Shown here piece by piece: positions 1-7,900 of a stretch of 26,576 nucleotides of DNA (within the stretch, counting starts at the first letter, position 1; every line of letters begins with the position of its first letter). This stretch comes from a virus (Duplodnaviria; Caudoviricetes): positions 1 to 26,576 of IMG/VR virus record IMGVR_UViG_3300044724_000347. The stretch is one strand, 5' to 3'. The notes under the pieces were generated by a model. It saw only the letters and a program-made list of their open reading frames with translations, was not told where the DNA came from and did no database searches. The position numbers and the translations under genes are program-made.

Positions 1-368
1 GTTCTAAGTTATTCAAAGACGGATGGAATGATGCTGTTAGTGTTTGGCTAATGATTCATGGTGAAGAGAAACCAGTATTGTTGGAGACAATGGCAGGACA
101 TCAGGTGAGAGCATTTAAGAGCATGTATGAGCAGATCAGGAATGATTTTAGGGATAACTTACCCAATCTACCTGTCTTCTCTTACAAAGGCTCAGAGACG
201 TTCAAAACCAAAAGCGGTTATGACAGTGCATCACACACATTTAAGCTAGAAGGCTACAAACCAAGAAAAGACGGTTTTGTTGTACCAGAATGGTTTAAAG
301 AAGAAGCAGCAGTTGATGCTGAGGTAACGAAGACAGAGGAACTTAAATCAGAAGACATTCCATTCTGA
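1..368 (+). CDS. Probable single-stranded DNA-binding protein, 5'-truncated by the window edge
   Basis: The frame is open from position 3 (SKLFKDGWNDAVSVWL before Met at 51), so the true start lies upstream. It has an acidic tail ending EDIPF, typical of SSBs, and sits directly before the primase-helicase (TGATG overlap). Confidence 0.6.
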   Translation, partial: SKLFKDGWNDAVSVWLMIHGEEKPVLLETMAGHQVRAFKSMYEQIRNDFRDNLPNLPVFSYKGSETFKTKSGYDSASHTFKLEGYKPRKDGFVVPEWFKEEAAVDAEVTKTEELKSEDIPF

Positions 369-2293
369 TGACTAACGAGGACTGGGCATCAATAGCTAGA
401 CCTGTTGCCTTAGAAGTATTGGGCGAGCCTACATCCGAATCATCTTCTGAGATGAGGTGGAATAAAAAAGGCAGCATGTGCTTGAATAAGGACACAGGTC
501 AGTTCTATGATTTTGAAAATCGTGAAGGTGGCGGTACTCATTGGTTTCTAAATAAGTTTGACGTAGACGTGAAAGAGACGTTAGATAGATTTGGTTTTAG
601 TGATGTGGGAGAAAATTTAGGCACTACTTATTTTTTCCCTTCTCAAAAGGTGTCTAAGCCTTCCGCATCACTATCCTCAGAAGAGCTGAGAAAGCTCTGG
701 ACTGAAGCAGTAGTTAAGATCAAGTATGCAGATAATTTTATTGTTCTAAGGTTTCCTGAAGGACATAAAAGAAGCTATCAAAAATACTGTCCATTTAGCA
801 AGCAAGAGAATGACCAATGGCTCATGAAGAGACCATCTGGGCAATTGCCTTTATATCTAACACCTAACAGAGATGAGACACTACCTGTCGTATTGGTCGA
901 AGGTGAGAAAGCAGCAATTGCTGCAGAGAAGATATACGAGGGGCAAGTAGCTTGTCATCATGGTGGTGTTAGCGGATGGAGCAAAACCGATTGGTCACCG
1001 TTGTTTGGTAGAGATGTTTTTATCTTTCCTGATAATGATGATGCAGGTTTTGGATTTGCTAACGATATTGGTACTTATCTGGAAACACATAATTGCAATG
1101 TTTGGAAAGCTAAACCACCTGTTGAATTAAATGAGAAAGAAGATCTGCATGAAGCATTAGAGAAAGGCATTTTTAGCAGCTCTGATGTGTTTGTGGATTA
1201 TGTCAAAAGCAATCCATTACAAAGACCTAAAGGAACTTTTTATTTAGAACGTGCTGATAAGCTGATGTCAGAAGTAGATCATCCTGAGTGGTTGATTAAA
1301 AATGTGGTTGAGAGATCAAGTCTCTTAGGCATATTTGGTAAACCTAAAGATGGTAAATCTTTTGTGGCTATCGCAATGGCAGCATCTATTGCTAAAGGCT
1401 CTAACTATTACGGTTATGAGACAACTCAAGCACCAGTAGTTCTGTTAGCAGGTGAGGGTCTCAGAGGTGTTAAGCGTAGACTTGCTGTGTATTCGCAAGA
1501 AATGCATGATCTAAGCGGTTGTCCTTTATTCTTATCTAACAGAGGAACAAGAGTTCTGGATGATGATGAGTTTGAGAAACTAAAGCAAGAACTAGATTTG
1601 ATTGAAGCAAAACAAGGCTCAATCGGATGTATTATTTTCGATACCTTGAACAGAAACTTTGGTAGTGGCTCAGAGAACTCCACAGAGGACATGACGCTGT
1701 TTATCAGTAGGTTAGATAGCCTTATTCATAAATACAACGCTGCTGTGATCGTAGTGCATCATACAGGGCATAATAACTTTGGCAGACAAAGAGGGTCATC
1801 TGTTCTTGGTGCATCTATGGACTATGAATTTAAGGTCACGAGAGAAGATAGCGGTGGTGATATGTTTGTAACTGTTGAGCAGACCCTTAATAAAGATGGT
1901 ATGGGCATGGCTACTATGGACTTTAAGTTTGTAGAAGCTCAGATAAATGGTTTTGACGGATTAACATCTGGATACTTGGAACTTACGGAAGATAAACCTG
2001 AAATTAAGAAGTCTATGAATGCAGCTCATGCAATGATAGATAAAGCACTTACTAATCTTGCGACACTTAAGGTCGTAGCAGATGGTGGTGCTTCAGAGGA
2101 TTACTGGTTTAAGCCAAGTGATCTAACAGGCAAGGTTAGCAAGGTTAGAGGTGAAGGCATTATGTCTGATGGCAATATTAGGACTTATTTAAGCAAAATG
2201 AAGGAGTCTGATGATATATGTCATGACCCTAAAACTGATACTTATCAATCCATTCAATACAAAAGAAAGGTCGATTTTGATGAAATTAACTAA
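368..2293 (+). CDS. Primase-helicase fusion (Toprim domain + RepA/AAA_25-type helicase)
   Basis: Toprim motifs VLVEGEKAA and IFPDNDDAG; Walker A GKPKDGKS; LAGEG; Walker B IIFDTL; VVHHTG and RGSSVL, typical of RecA/RepA-type helicases. The N-terminal GSMCL..GQFYDFE.REGGG resembles a degenerate primase zinc-binding region. Confidence 0.9.
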   Translation: MTNEDWASIARPVALEVLGEPTSESSSEMRWNKKGSMCLNKDTGQFYDFENREGGGTHWFLNKFDVDVKETLDRFGFSDVGENLGTTYFFPSQKVSKPSASLSSEELRKLWTEAVVKIKYADNFIVLRFPEGHKRSYQKYCPFSKQENDQWLMKRPSGQLPLYLTPNRDETLPVVLVEGEKAAIAAEKIYEGQVACHHGGVSGWSKTDWSPLFGRDVFIFPDNDDAGFGFANDIGTYLETHNCNVWKAKPPVELNEKEDLHEALEKGIFSSSDVFVDYVKSNPLQRPKGTFYLERADKLMSEVDHPEWLIKNVVERSSLLGIFGKPKDGKSFVAIAMAASIAKGSNYYGYETTQAPVVLLAGEGLRGVKRRLAVYSQEMHDLSGCPLFLSNRGTRVLDDDEFEKLKQELDLIEAKQGSIGCIIFDTLNRNFGSGSENSTEDMTLFISRLDSLIHKYNAAVIVVHHTGHNNFGRQRGSSVLGASMDYEFKVTREDSGGDMFVTVEQTLNKDGMGMATMDFKFVEAQINGFDGLTSGYLELTEDKPEIKKSMNAAHAMIDKALTNLATLKVVADGGASEDYWFKPSDLTGKVSKVRGEGIMSDGNIRTYLSKMKESDDICHDPKTDTYQSIQYKRKVDFDEIN

Positions 2294-2299
2294 TAATTT

Positions 2300-2400
2300 A
2301 CTGCATAAAACTGCATATAAACTGCATAAAACTGCATATAAATTATCAATTTTTCCGCATATTTCTGCATATATACCCTTAGGGTATATGCAGTATGCGG
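2300..2400. repeat. Phased direct repeats followed by an inverted repeat; candidate replication origin
   Basis: ACTGCATAAAACTGCATATAA occurs twice (2300-2320, 2321-2341). It is followed by CCGCATA..CTGCATATATACCCT-T-AGGGTATATGCAG-TATGCGG (2355-2400). Intergenic, immediately after the primase-helicase stop. Confidence 0.65.
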
Positions 2401-2422
2401 TAAATAATGTGCAATAAACTTT

Positions 2423-2953
2423 ATGCGGAAGAAGAATACAATATTAGAAAAAAAGGAATTTAGTCCTCACGTTCTGAGACTGATAAAAGAGTACAAACAA
2501 CAGGAGATAAATCTGTTAAATCTGTGGGGCAGTGAAGCAAGAGTTCTATCACTTGTGTCTGACGAGTTACGTCTTAAATTTAAAAAGGCACGTGATTTAT
2601 ACGGAGATGCATATAACTCAAAAGACGATGCCAAGATGCTTGAAATGATCAACATGATGAAACGTGCTTTTGACGTTTTGATTAAAGATCTAAGAGATCA
2701 GGGTTATCGAGAGGTTGAAGCAGATATCAAGTGTTTTGATTGGGATGGTGATCTCTGGTATGTAACAGATATGGATTATCAATTACCAAGAGCAAGAGCA
2801 ACAACTGGAGACCCTAATGGAAATTACATTAGCATTCAGGAATTATTGCGAGCTGTACCAAAAGAGATGATGGATATGAGACTATTGTTAGCAAAACAAT
2901 TTGAAGGCAGTAGCTTTCAATATGTGAAGACAATCAAGGGCAAGAATGGATAG
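2423..2953 (+). CDS. Hypothetical phage protein (176 aa)
   Basis: Long ORF filling the gap and overlapping the next start; no motif recognised. Confidence 0.75.
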   Translation: MRKKNTILEKKEFSPHVLRLIKEYKQQEINLLNLWGSEARVLSLVSDELRLKFKKARDLYGDAYNSKDDAKMLEMINMMKRAFDVLIKDLRDQGYREVEADIKCFDWDGDLWYVTDMDYQLPRARATTGDPNGNYISIQELLRAVPKEMMDMRLLLAKQFEGSSFQYVKTIKGKNG

Positions 2954-3371
2954 TTTTGACAGAGACCTTTATGCAGGACAGAGTGTAGAGGATATGCTGT
3001 TAGAAAAACTAAGAAAGAAGTATCCGCAAGCTGAAAGATTTGAAGGCAAGTGCAAACCATTCGATATTTATATTCCTGAAACAAATATCTATCTGGAAGT
3101 TAAGTCAGATCAGAAGAGTCAGCATACAGGCAATATCGTTATCGAGGTTGAGATGTTTGGTAAACCATCTGGACTGAATGCAACCAAGTCTGACTACTGG
3201 GTTATCTATACAGGGCAAGAGTGGTTATGGTTAAGACCGCAAAGAATTTGGGAATGTGTATCAGTGAATATGCTTAAACCAGTACAGTTTATTGGCAAGG
3301 GAGACAGCACTGCTAAGACAGCATACCTAGTCCCTTTAGATTTATTGCAACAATACAAGGAGAAGAAATGA
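2946..3371 (+). CDS. PD-(D/E)XK restriction-endonuclease-fold phage protein
   Basis: E..(P)FD-x(10)-EVK catalytic pattern followed by TGNIVIEV...PSGL..TKSDYW, as in phage nuclease-fold proteins. Confidence 0.65.
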   Translation: MDSFDRDLYAGQSVEDMLLEKLRKKYPQAERFEGKCKPFDIYIPETNIYLEVKSDQKSQHTGNIVIEVEMFGKPSGLNATKSDYWVIYTGQEWLWLRPQRIWECVSVNMLKPVQFIGKGDSTAKTAYLVPLDLLQQYKEKK

Positions 3372-3481
3372 CAGGCAAAGGAGACAGACCTAGAAAGATC
3401 AAAGATCGAAAAAGATTTGATGACAACTGGGATAAAATATTTGGTAACAAGAAAGATAAATCTAAGAAGGAGAAGAAATGA
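3357..3481 (+). repeat. 15-bp direct repeat AAGGAGAAGAAATGA (3357-3371 and 3467-3481)
   Basis: Read directly; each copy contains an RBS plus an overlapping start/stop (ATGA). Confidence 0.85.
3368..3481 (+). CDS. Small basic phage protein, 37 aa (MTGKGDRPRKIKDRKRFDDNWDKIFGNKKDKSKKEKK); not in the ORF track
   Basis: AAGGAG RBS, ATGA overlaps at both ends, and it exactly fills the gap. The GKG..PR...NWD.IF pattern is one I recall from small phage proteins. Confidence 0.75.
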   Translation: MTGKGDRPRKIKDRKRFDDNWDKIFGNKKDKSKKEKK

Positions 3482-4038
3482 AGAAATTTAAATTATCAAA
3501 ACAAAATTATGAACATCATCATTATTATGATGTTTTAGTTACTGCTACTAATGCAAATAATTCATGGGAAGACAACAAAAATGGAAATGCTTTTTGTGAA
3601 AATAAAGATATGACTGCTATGGTTTTAAATAAATACTGGAAAAGATCTAACCATAATGAGTATGAAATTGTTGCATATTTATCGCCAAACTTTTTTGACA
3701 GATACGAAATCGCAGATAAAGAGTCAATTTATGGAAAGCAAATGGTTGTGGAACAAGATGCTTATAATTCTACAAATGAGATTACATCCAAGAATGACAA
3801 TCATAAAAAAGACCAAAACAAAAAAGATGTGGTCAATCATCCACCGCACTACAACAACGGTGGTGTAGAATGCATTCAATACATCAAACAACAGTTGGGT
3901 GCTAACTTCCCTTCATATCTAGAAGGCAGTATCATTAAGTACATACACAGGCATAAATATAAAGATGCCAACATACAAGATCTGCAGAAGGCTAGATGGT
4001 ATCTAGATAAGCTGATAGAACATTATGAAAACTTATGA
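3478..4038 (+). CDS. DUF3310 (T7 gp1.7 nucleotide-kinase-like) domain protein with an N-terminal extension
   Basis: The C-terminal DVVNHPPHY...ECI...YLEGSIIKY..R...K....DLQKARWYL is the DUF3310 signature; the first roughly 115 aa are unrecognised. Confidence 0.85.
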   Translation: MKKFKLSKQNYEHHHYYDVLVTATNANNSWEDNKNGNAFCENKDMTAMVLNKYWKRSNHNEYEIVAYLSPNFFDRYEIADKESIYGKQMVVEQDAYNSTNEITSKNDNHKKDQNKKDVVNHPPHYNNGGVECIQYIKQQLGANFPSYLEGSIIKYIHRHKYKDANIQDLQKARWYLDKLIEHYENL

Positions 4039-4211
4039 AACAGAAGAAGACTATTAACTTAGATTATAAATGGCTCAAGAAACAAATAGACTCAGGCAAG
4101 TCATCACATGATGTGGCTAACAGTTTGGATATAAGCAAGAGCAGTGTGCTTAGATATGCAGATGAGTTTGGTCTTAAGTTCAAAGGCAAATCACACTGGA
4201 GAAAGATATGA
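4035..4211 (+). CDS. Small helix-turn-helix DNA-binding protein, 58 aa (MKQKKTINLDYKWLKKQIDSGKSSHDVANSLDISKSSVLRYADEFGLKFKGKSHWRKI); not in the ORF track
   Basis: ATGA overlaps at both ends; GKSSHDVANSLDISKSSVLRYADEFGL fits an HTH pattern. Confidence 0.75.
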   Translation: MKQKKTINLDYKWLKKQIDSGKSSHDVANSLDISKSSVLRYADEFGLKFKGKSHWRKI

Positions 4212-4843
4212 CAATGCAGATTAATGTTAAGGCTAACACTAAAGAGGTTGCTAGGAAGCTAAGTTTATTCCAAAAGAAACATCTACCAAACATAGTATCT
4301 GATGCATTAAATGAGGTAGGCACAGATGCAGTCAATGCATTGAGAAGTCAGTTCGCTAAGAAGTTAGATAGACCTAAACCAGATACTGTTAAATCACCAA
4401 TACTCTTTAAAGCAAAACCTAGAGACCTATCTGCATTGGTATTCATCAAAGATAAGTGGAACAAAGGTAAAGCACCTGCTGAATATCTTGAGCCAATGTT
4501 AGAAGGTAGCACACGTCTACCAGAGAAGAACTTTGTTATCACACCTAGAGACGTAACTAAGACCAATAAGTTTGGTAACATCACTAAGGCACAGCGATTG
4601 AAATACTTTGAAGACAAAGAAAAATATTTCACTGGTATTCCTAAGGGATTCCCACAAGCTAAGTATGGTATCTGGGAACGGATGGGCGGTGGTGCAAGCG
4701 GTAGCAGTATTAGAAAAGTAGTTAACCTAGCCAAGTCACAACGCTTTGCCAAACGCTTTGACTTCTTCAAGACAGTCAATGGAGTTGTTAAAGCAAAGAT
4801 GGATAAGGCATTAGACAGGAATATGAAGCGATATGTTAGATAA
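4208..4843 (+). CDS. Basic virion morphogenesis protein, gpZ / HK97-gp10-like (tail completion) candidate
   Basis: Very basic 211 aa protein with MQINVKAN...ALNEV...LDRP at the N-terminus and RFDFF near the C-terminus, the layout of minor tail protein Z-like phage proteins. The functional call is inference. Confidence 0.5.
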   Translation: MTMQINVKANTKEVARKLSLFQKKHLPNIVSDALNEVGTDAVNALRSQFAKKLDRPKPDTVKSPILFKAKPRDLSALVFIKDKWNKGKAPAEYLEPMLEGSTRLPEKNFVITPRDVTKTNKFGNITKAQRLKYFEDKEKYFTGIPKGFPQAKYGIWERMGGGASGSSIRKVVNLAKSQRFAKRFDFFKTVNGVVKAKMDKALDRNMKRYVR

Positions 4844-4849
4844 CTATAG

Positions 4850-4920
4850 ACCCCTATACATAGGTTCTTCTAGCGTACAGCATGTGGGTTATTCGCGAGG
4901 TCAGAAATTTCCTAGCGTCA
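4850..4920. other. Candidate cos (cohesive end / terminase cleavage) region
   Basis: The only sizeable intergenic gap upstream of the Nu1-like gene. AGGTTCTTC resembles lambda cosQ (GGGTCCTTTC) and is followed by GGGTTATTCGCGAGG, reminiscent of lambda cosN (GGGCGGCGACCTCGCG). A gpA-type terminase implies 5' cos packaging. Confidence 0.5.
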
Positions 4921-4952
4921 GTCTGTCTCAACTAAGGTAATTAGAGCAACGT

Positions 4953-5477
4953 ATGGCTACACAGAGAGAAGTTGCTGAACATTTGGACTTATCAGTTAAA
5001 AGGGTCTCAGAACTCATTAGAGACGGTATTTTGCCCTCTAAAATGGGTAAAAGTCCGCTAAATATGGATGTTTGCAGGATTGCTTACATTTCTTACCTTA
5101 GAAAACTAGGTGGATACCACAAAAGATCTGGTACAGGCGATATTGCAGAGGAAAAGACCAAACTTACTGCAGCTCAAGCAAGAAAGGCAGAATTAGAAGT
5201 AGAGCAATTAGAAGGAAATCTTATTCCTACTCAATTGGTACAAGATACATGGGTTGAATATGTATCTAACGCTAGAGCTAAGTTGATAGCTTTACCCACA
5301 AGAATTGCACATCAGGTAATCTCTGTGGATAACTATGCTGAAGCAGAACAAGTGATTAAGGAGAGAGTTCACGAAGCATTGGATGAACTAGCAAACAATG
5401 GAATACCTAAGAAATATAGAAAAGGTGATACAGGAGACGAACCAGATATGGGCAGCTCCACCGAATCTCAAGATTAG
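4953..5477 (+). CDS. terS: Terminase small subunit (lambda Nu1-like)
   Basis: N-terminal winged HTH (TQREVAEHLDLSVKRVSELIRDG), coiled coil EEKTKLTAAQARKAELE..GNLIP, and KLIALP.RIA; directly upstream of and overlapping terL. Confidence 0.9.
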   Translation: MATQREVAEHLDLSVKRVSELIRDGILPSKMGKSPLNMDVCRIAYISYLRKLGGYHKRSGTGDIAEEKTKLTAAQARKAELEVEQLEGNLIPTQLVQDTWVEYVSNARAKLIALPTRIAHQVISVDNYAEAEQVIKERVHEALDELANNGIPKKYRKGDTGDEPDMGSSTESQD

Positions 5478-7218
5478 TTCTTGGGCAGATACTTACCGCA
5501 AACTTTCACCTGAAGCATCTGCTGAAGCAGGTCAATGGAGAACTGATAGGGCAGAATATCAAAGAGACATCATGGATTCATTCTGTGACCCCAATATCGA
5601 AAGAATTGTGGTCATGACCTCAGCACAGGTTGGCAAAACAGAGATTTTGCTAAACTCAATTGCATATTACATAGATCAAGACCCATCACCTATGCTTATA
5701 GTGCAACCTACCCTTGCTATGGGGCAGGCATTCTCAAAAGACAGACTTGCAGCAATGATTCGAGACACAGAAAAGATCAGAGACTGTGTAAAAGACTCAA
5801 AAAGCAGAGATAGTGGCAATACAACTATGCATAAGAAGTTCGCAGGCGGTAGTTGTACTATCGTTGGGTCTAATTCGCCAAGTGGATTGGCTAGTAGAAG
5901 TATCAGAATCCTCTTGATGGATGAGATAGACCGTTGGGAAACTTCTGCAGGAAGCGAAGGTTCACCTATATCTTTGGCTATTGCTAGAACCAAAACTTTC
6001 GCAAATCGCAAAATCTACATGTGTAGCACACCAACTATCAAAGGATTATCAGCAATTGAAGCTGCATTTGAGGAATCAGATAAACGTTATTACTACGTTC
6101 CGTGTCCAGAATGCCAACATATGCAAGTTTTGAAATGGAAAAACGTAGTCTGGGAAGAAGACAAGCCTGAGACTGCTACTTATGCCTGCGAAGAATGCGG
6201 TTCAGTCATTGAAGAATCTAAAAAGCAATGGATGATCAAGAATGGTGAATGGAGAGCAACAGCAGAAAGTTTTAAAACAGCAGGATTTCATATATCGGAG
6301 CTTTATTCTGTTTGGTCAACTTGGGGTCAGATGGCTAAAGCATTTCTTGAATCTAAAAAGAATCCAGAAACATTAAAGACATGGGTCAACACAGCTCTTG
6401 GTGAAACTTGGGAAGAACAGGGCGAAGCTGTTGAGTATGAAACACTTCTTGAACGTAGATTGAACTATGATCACACTTCAGTTCCAGAGGATGTGTTGAT
6501 TTTGACTACTGGTGTCGATGTTCAAAAAGATAGATTGGAATTACAAACCGTTGGATGGGGTAAAAACTATCAAGCGTGGGTCTTGGATTACAAGATTCTT
6601 TGGGGAGACCCTAATGCATTTAATGTTTGGAATGATTTAGACGCTTATCTAAAGAAAAGATTTAGAACTGAAACAGAACGATTAATTCCTATTTCTTGCT
6701 GCACCGTTGACTCTGGTGGTCACCATACTCAAAGAGTCTATGAATTTACTAAGGCTAGACAAGCAAGAAGAGTATTTTCCATTAAGGGTTCAAACCAAAC
6801 TGGTAAAGCAATTGCAAATAGACCTACTTTTGTTGGTAAAAATAAAGCTGTCCTTTATCCAGTTGGAACTGACACAGCAAAAGAAGCAATTTTTGCAAGA
6901 TTATCTACCGATAAAGAAAATACAACGTTACATTTTTGCTCAGACTTAGATGAGGAATACTTTAAGCAACTTACAGCAGAAAAAAGAATCACAAAATTTG
7001 TGAGAGGAAGGAAAACGCTTGTTTGGAAACAAATTAGACCAAGAAACGAAGCATTGGACACATTGGTTTACAATTTTGCAGCTATTTACATTCTGAATCC
7101 AAATTTTGACATCATTGAAGAAAAAATACTGACCAATGAGTCAAAACCACAAGAAAAGTCACAAAATAAACCAAAAAGATCTGTAAATAGACCTAATTTC
7201 GCTACTTCTTGGAAATAA
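5398..7218 (+). CDS. terL: Terminase large subunit (lambda gpA family)
   Basis: SSWAD..R.LS, AEAGQW, Walker A SAQVGKTE, Walker B LLMDEID, CSTPT, YYVPCPEC..YACEEC, nuclease TGVDVQ.DR, VDSGGH and RNEALD. Confidence 0.97.
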   Translation: MEYLRNIEKVIQETNQIWAAPPNLKISSWADTYRKLSPEASAEAGQWRTDRAEYQRDIMDSFCDPNIERIVVMTSAQVGKTEILLNSIAYYIDQDPSPMLIVQPTLAMGQAFSKDRLAAMIRDTEKIRDCVKDSKSRDSGNTTMHKKFAGGSCTIVGSNSPSGLASRSIRILLMDEIDRWETSAGSEGSPISLAIARTKTFANRKIYMCSTPTIKGLSAIEAAFEESDKRYYYVPCPECQHMQVLKWKNVVWEEDKPETATYACEECGSVIEESKKQWMIKNGEWRATAESFKTAGFHISELYSVWSTWGQMAKAFLESKKNPETLKTWVNTALGETWEEQGEAVEYETLLERRLNYDHTSVPEDVLILTTGVDVQKDRLELQTVGWGKNYQAWVLDYKILWGDPNAFNVWNDLDAYLKKRFRTETERLIPISCCTVDSGGHHTQRVYEFTKARQARRVFSIKGSNQTGKAIANRPTFVGKNKAVLYPVGTDTAKEAIFARLSTDKENTTLHFCSDLDEEYFKQLTAEKRITKFVRGRKTLVWKQIRPRNEALDTLVYNFAAIYILNPNFDIIEEKILTNESKPQEKSQNKPKRSVNRPNFATSWK

Positions 7219-7285
7219 TCTTGACATTTCCCATATAGACCATAGTGTTTTATGTGGATATATCTAACTTAAATGAGGTTTTTGT

Positions 7286-7900
7286 TTGGCTAACAAATTT
7301 GATTCGACAAATTATCCTACTCAAGTTCCAAGCGAATTACAGCTTGGGGATTTCTGGGCATGGAAAAGAGATGATCTTGCTAGTGATTATCCAGTGGCAG
7401 ATTACTCATTATCTTATGAATTCAATTTAATTGATGGTGCAACTGCATCTAATTTTACTTTGACTGCAACTGAATCTGGAGACGAATACATAATCTCAAC
7501 CTCAAGCACCTCTTCCTATGCTAAAGGCAACTACAATTGGATTTCTTATATAACTAGAAGCTCAGACTCAGCTAGAATTAAATTAGAAGAGGGTTTTGTG
7601 GAAGTACAAGACAACTATGCAACAACTTCTGCTTCAGTTAGAAGTCATGCAAAGAAAGTTCTAGATGCAATTGAAGCTGTCATTGAAAACAGAGCAACTA
7701 TGGATCAGCAATCTATGTCTATTGCAGGAAGATCATTATCAAGAATGTCTATCAATGAACTTTTAACATTTAGAGATAGATATAAGTCAGAATATTTACG
7801 AGAAGTTAAAAGAGCTAGAATTAAAAATGGTCGTGGCTCTGGAAACACAATTAAAGTTAATTTTGGACATAACGTCACAACACCTAAGAGTTATAAATAA
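7286..7900 (+). CDS. Head-tail adaptor / head completion protein (gpW-like C-terminus), TTG start
   Basis: GAGGT RBS before the TTG; lies between terL and portal. C-terminal LDAIEAVI...SMSIAGRSLSRMSINELLTFRDRY is gpW-like. Confidence 0.7.
   Translation: MANKFDSTNYPTQVPSELQLGDFWAWKRDDLASDYPVADYSLSYEFNLIDGATASNFTLTATESGDEYIISTSSTSSYAKGNYNWISYITRSSDSARIKLEEGFVEVQDNYATTSASVRSHAKKVLDAIEAVIENRATMDQQSMSIAGRSLSRMSINELLTFRDRYKSEYLREVKRARIKNGRGSGNTIKVNFGHNVTTPKSYK

Noticed and set aside
2211-2417. 68-aa + strand ORF running through LHKTAYKLHKTAYK
   Set aside because: It overlaps the primase-helicase in another frame, and its repeat peptide is just the translation of the 21-bp DNA repeat; no RBS.
4731-4767. 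Short AACGCTTTG direct repeat with flanking AAGTCA/TGACTT
   Set aside because: It lies inside a CDS, encodes QRFAKRFD, and is too short to be distinguished from chance.
7221-7260. Perfect TTGACA between terL and the adaptor gene, as a sigma70 promoter
   Set aside because: The best -10 candidate (CATAGT) is only 14 bp away and nothing suitable lies at 16-18 bp. A non-canonical promoter cannot be excluded.
3656-7430. Alternative-frame + strand ORFs 3656-3868, 6707-6949 and 7245-7430
   Set aside because: Short, overlapping better-supported genes, with no RBS or motif.
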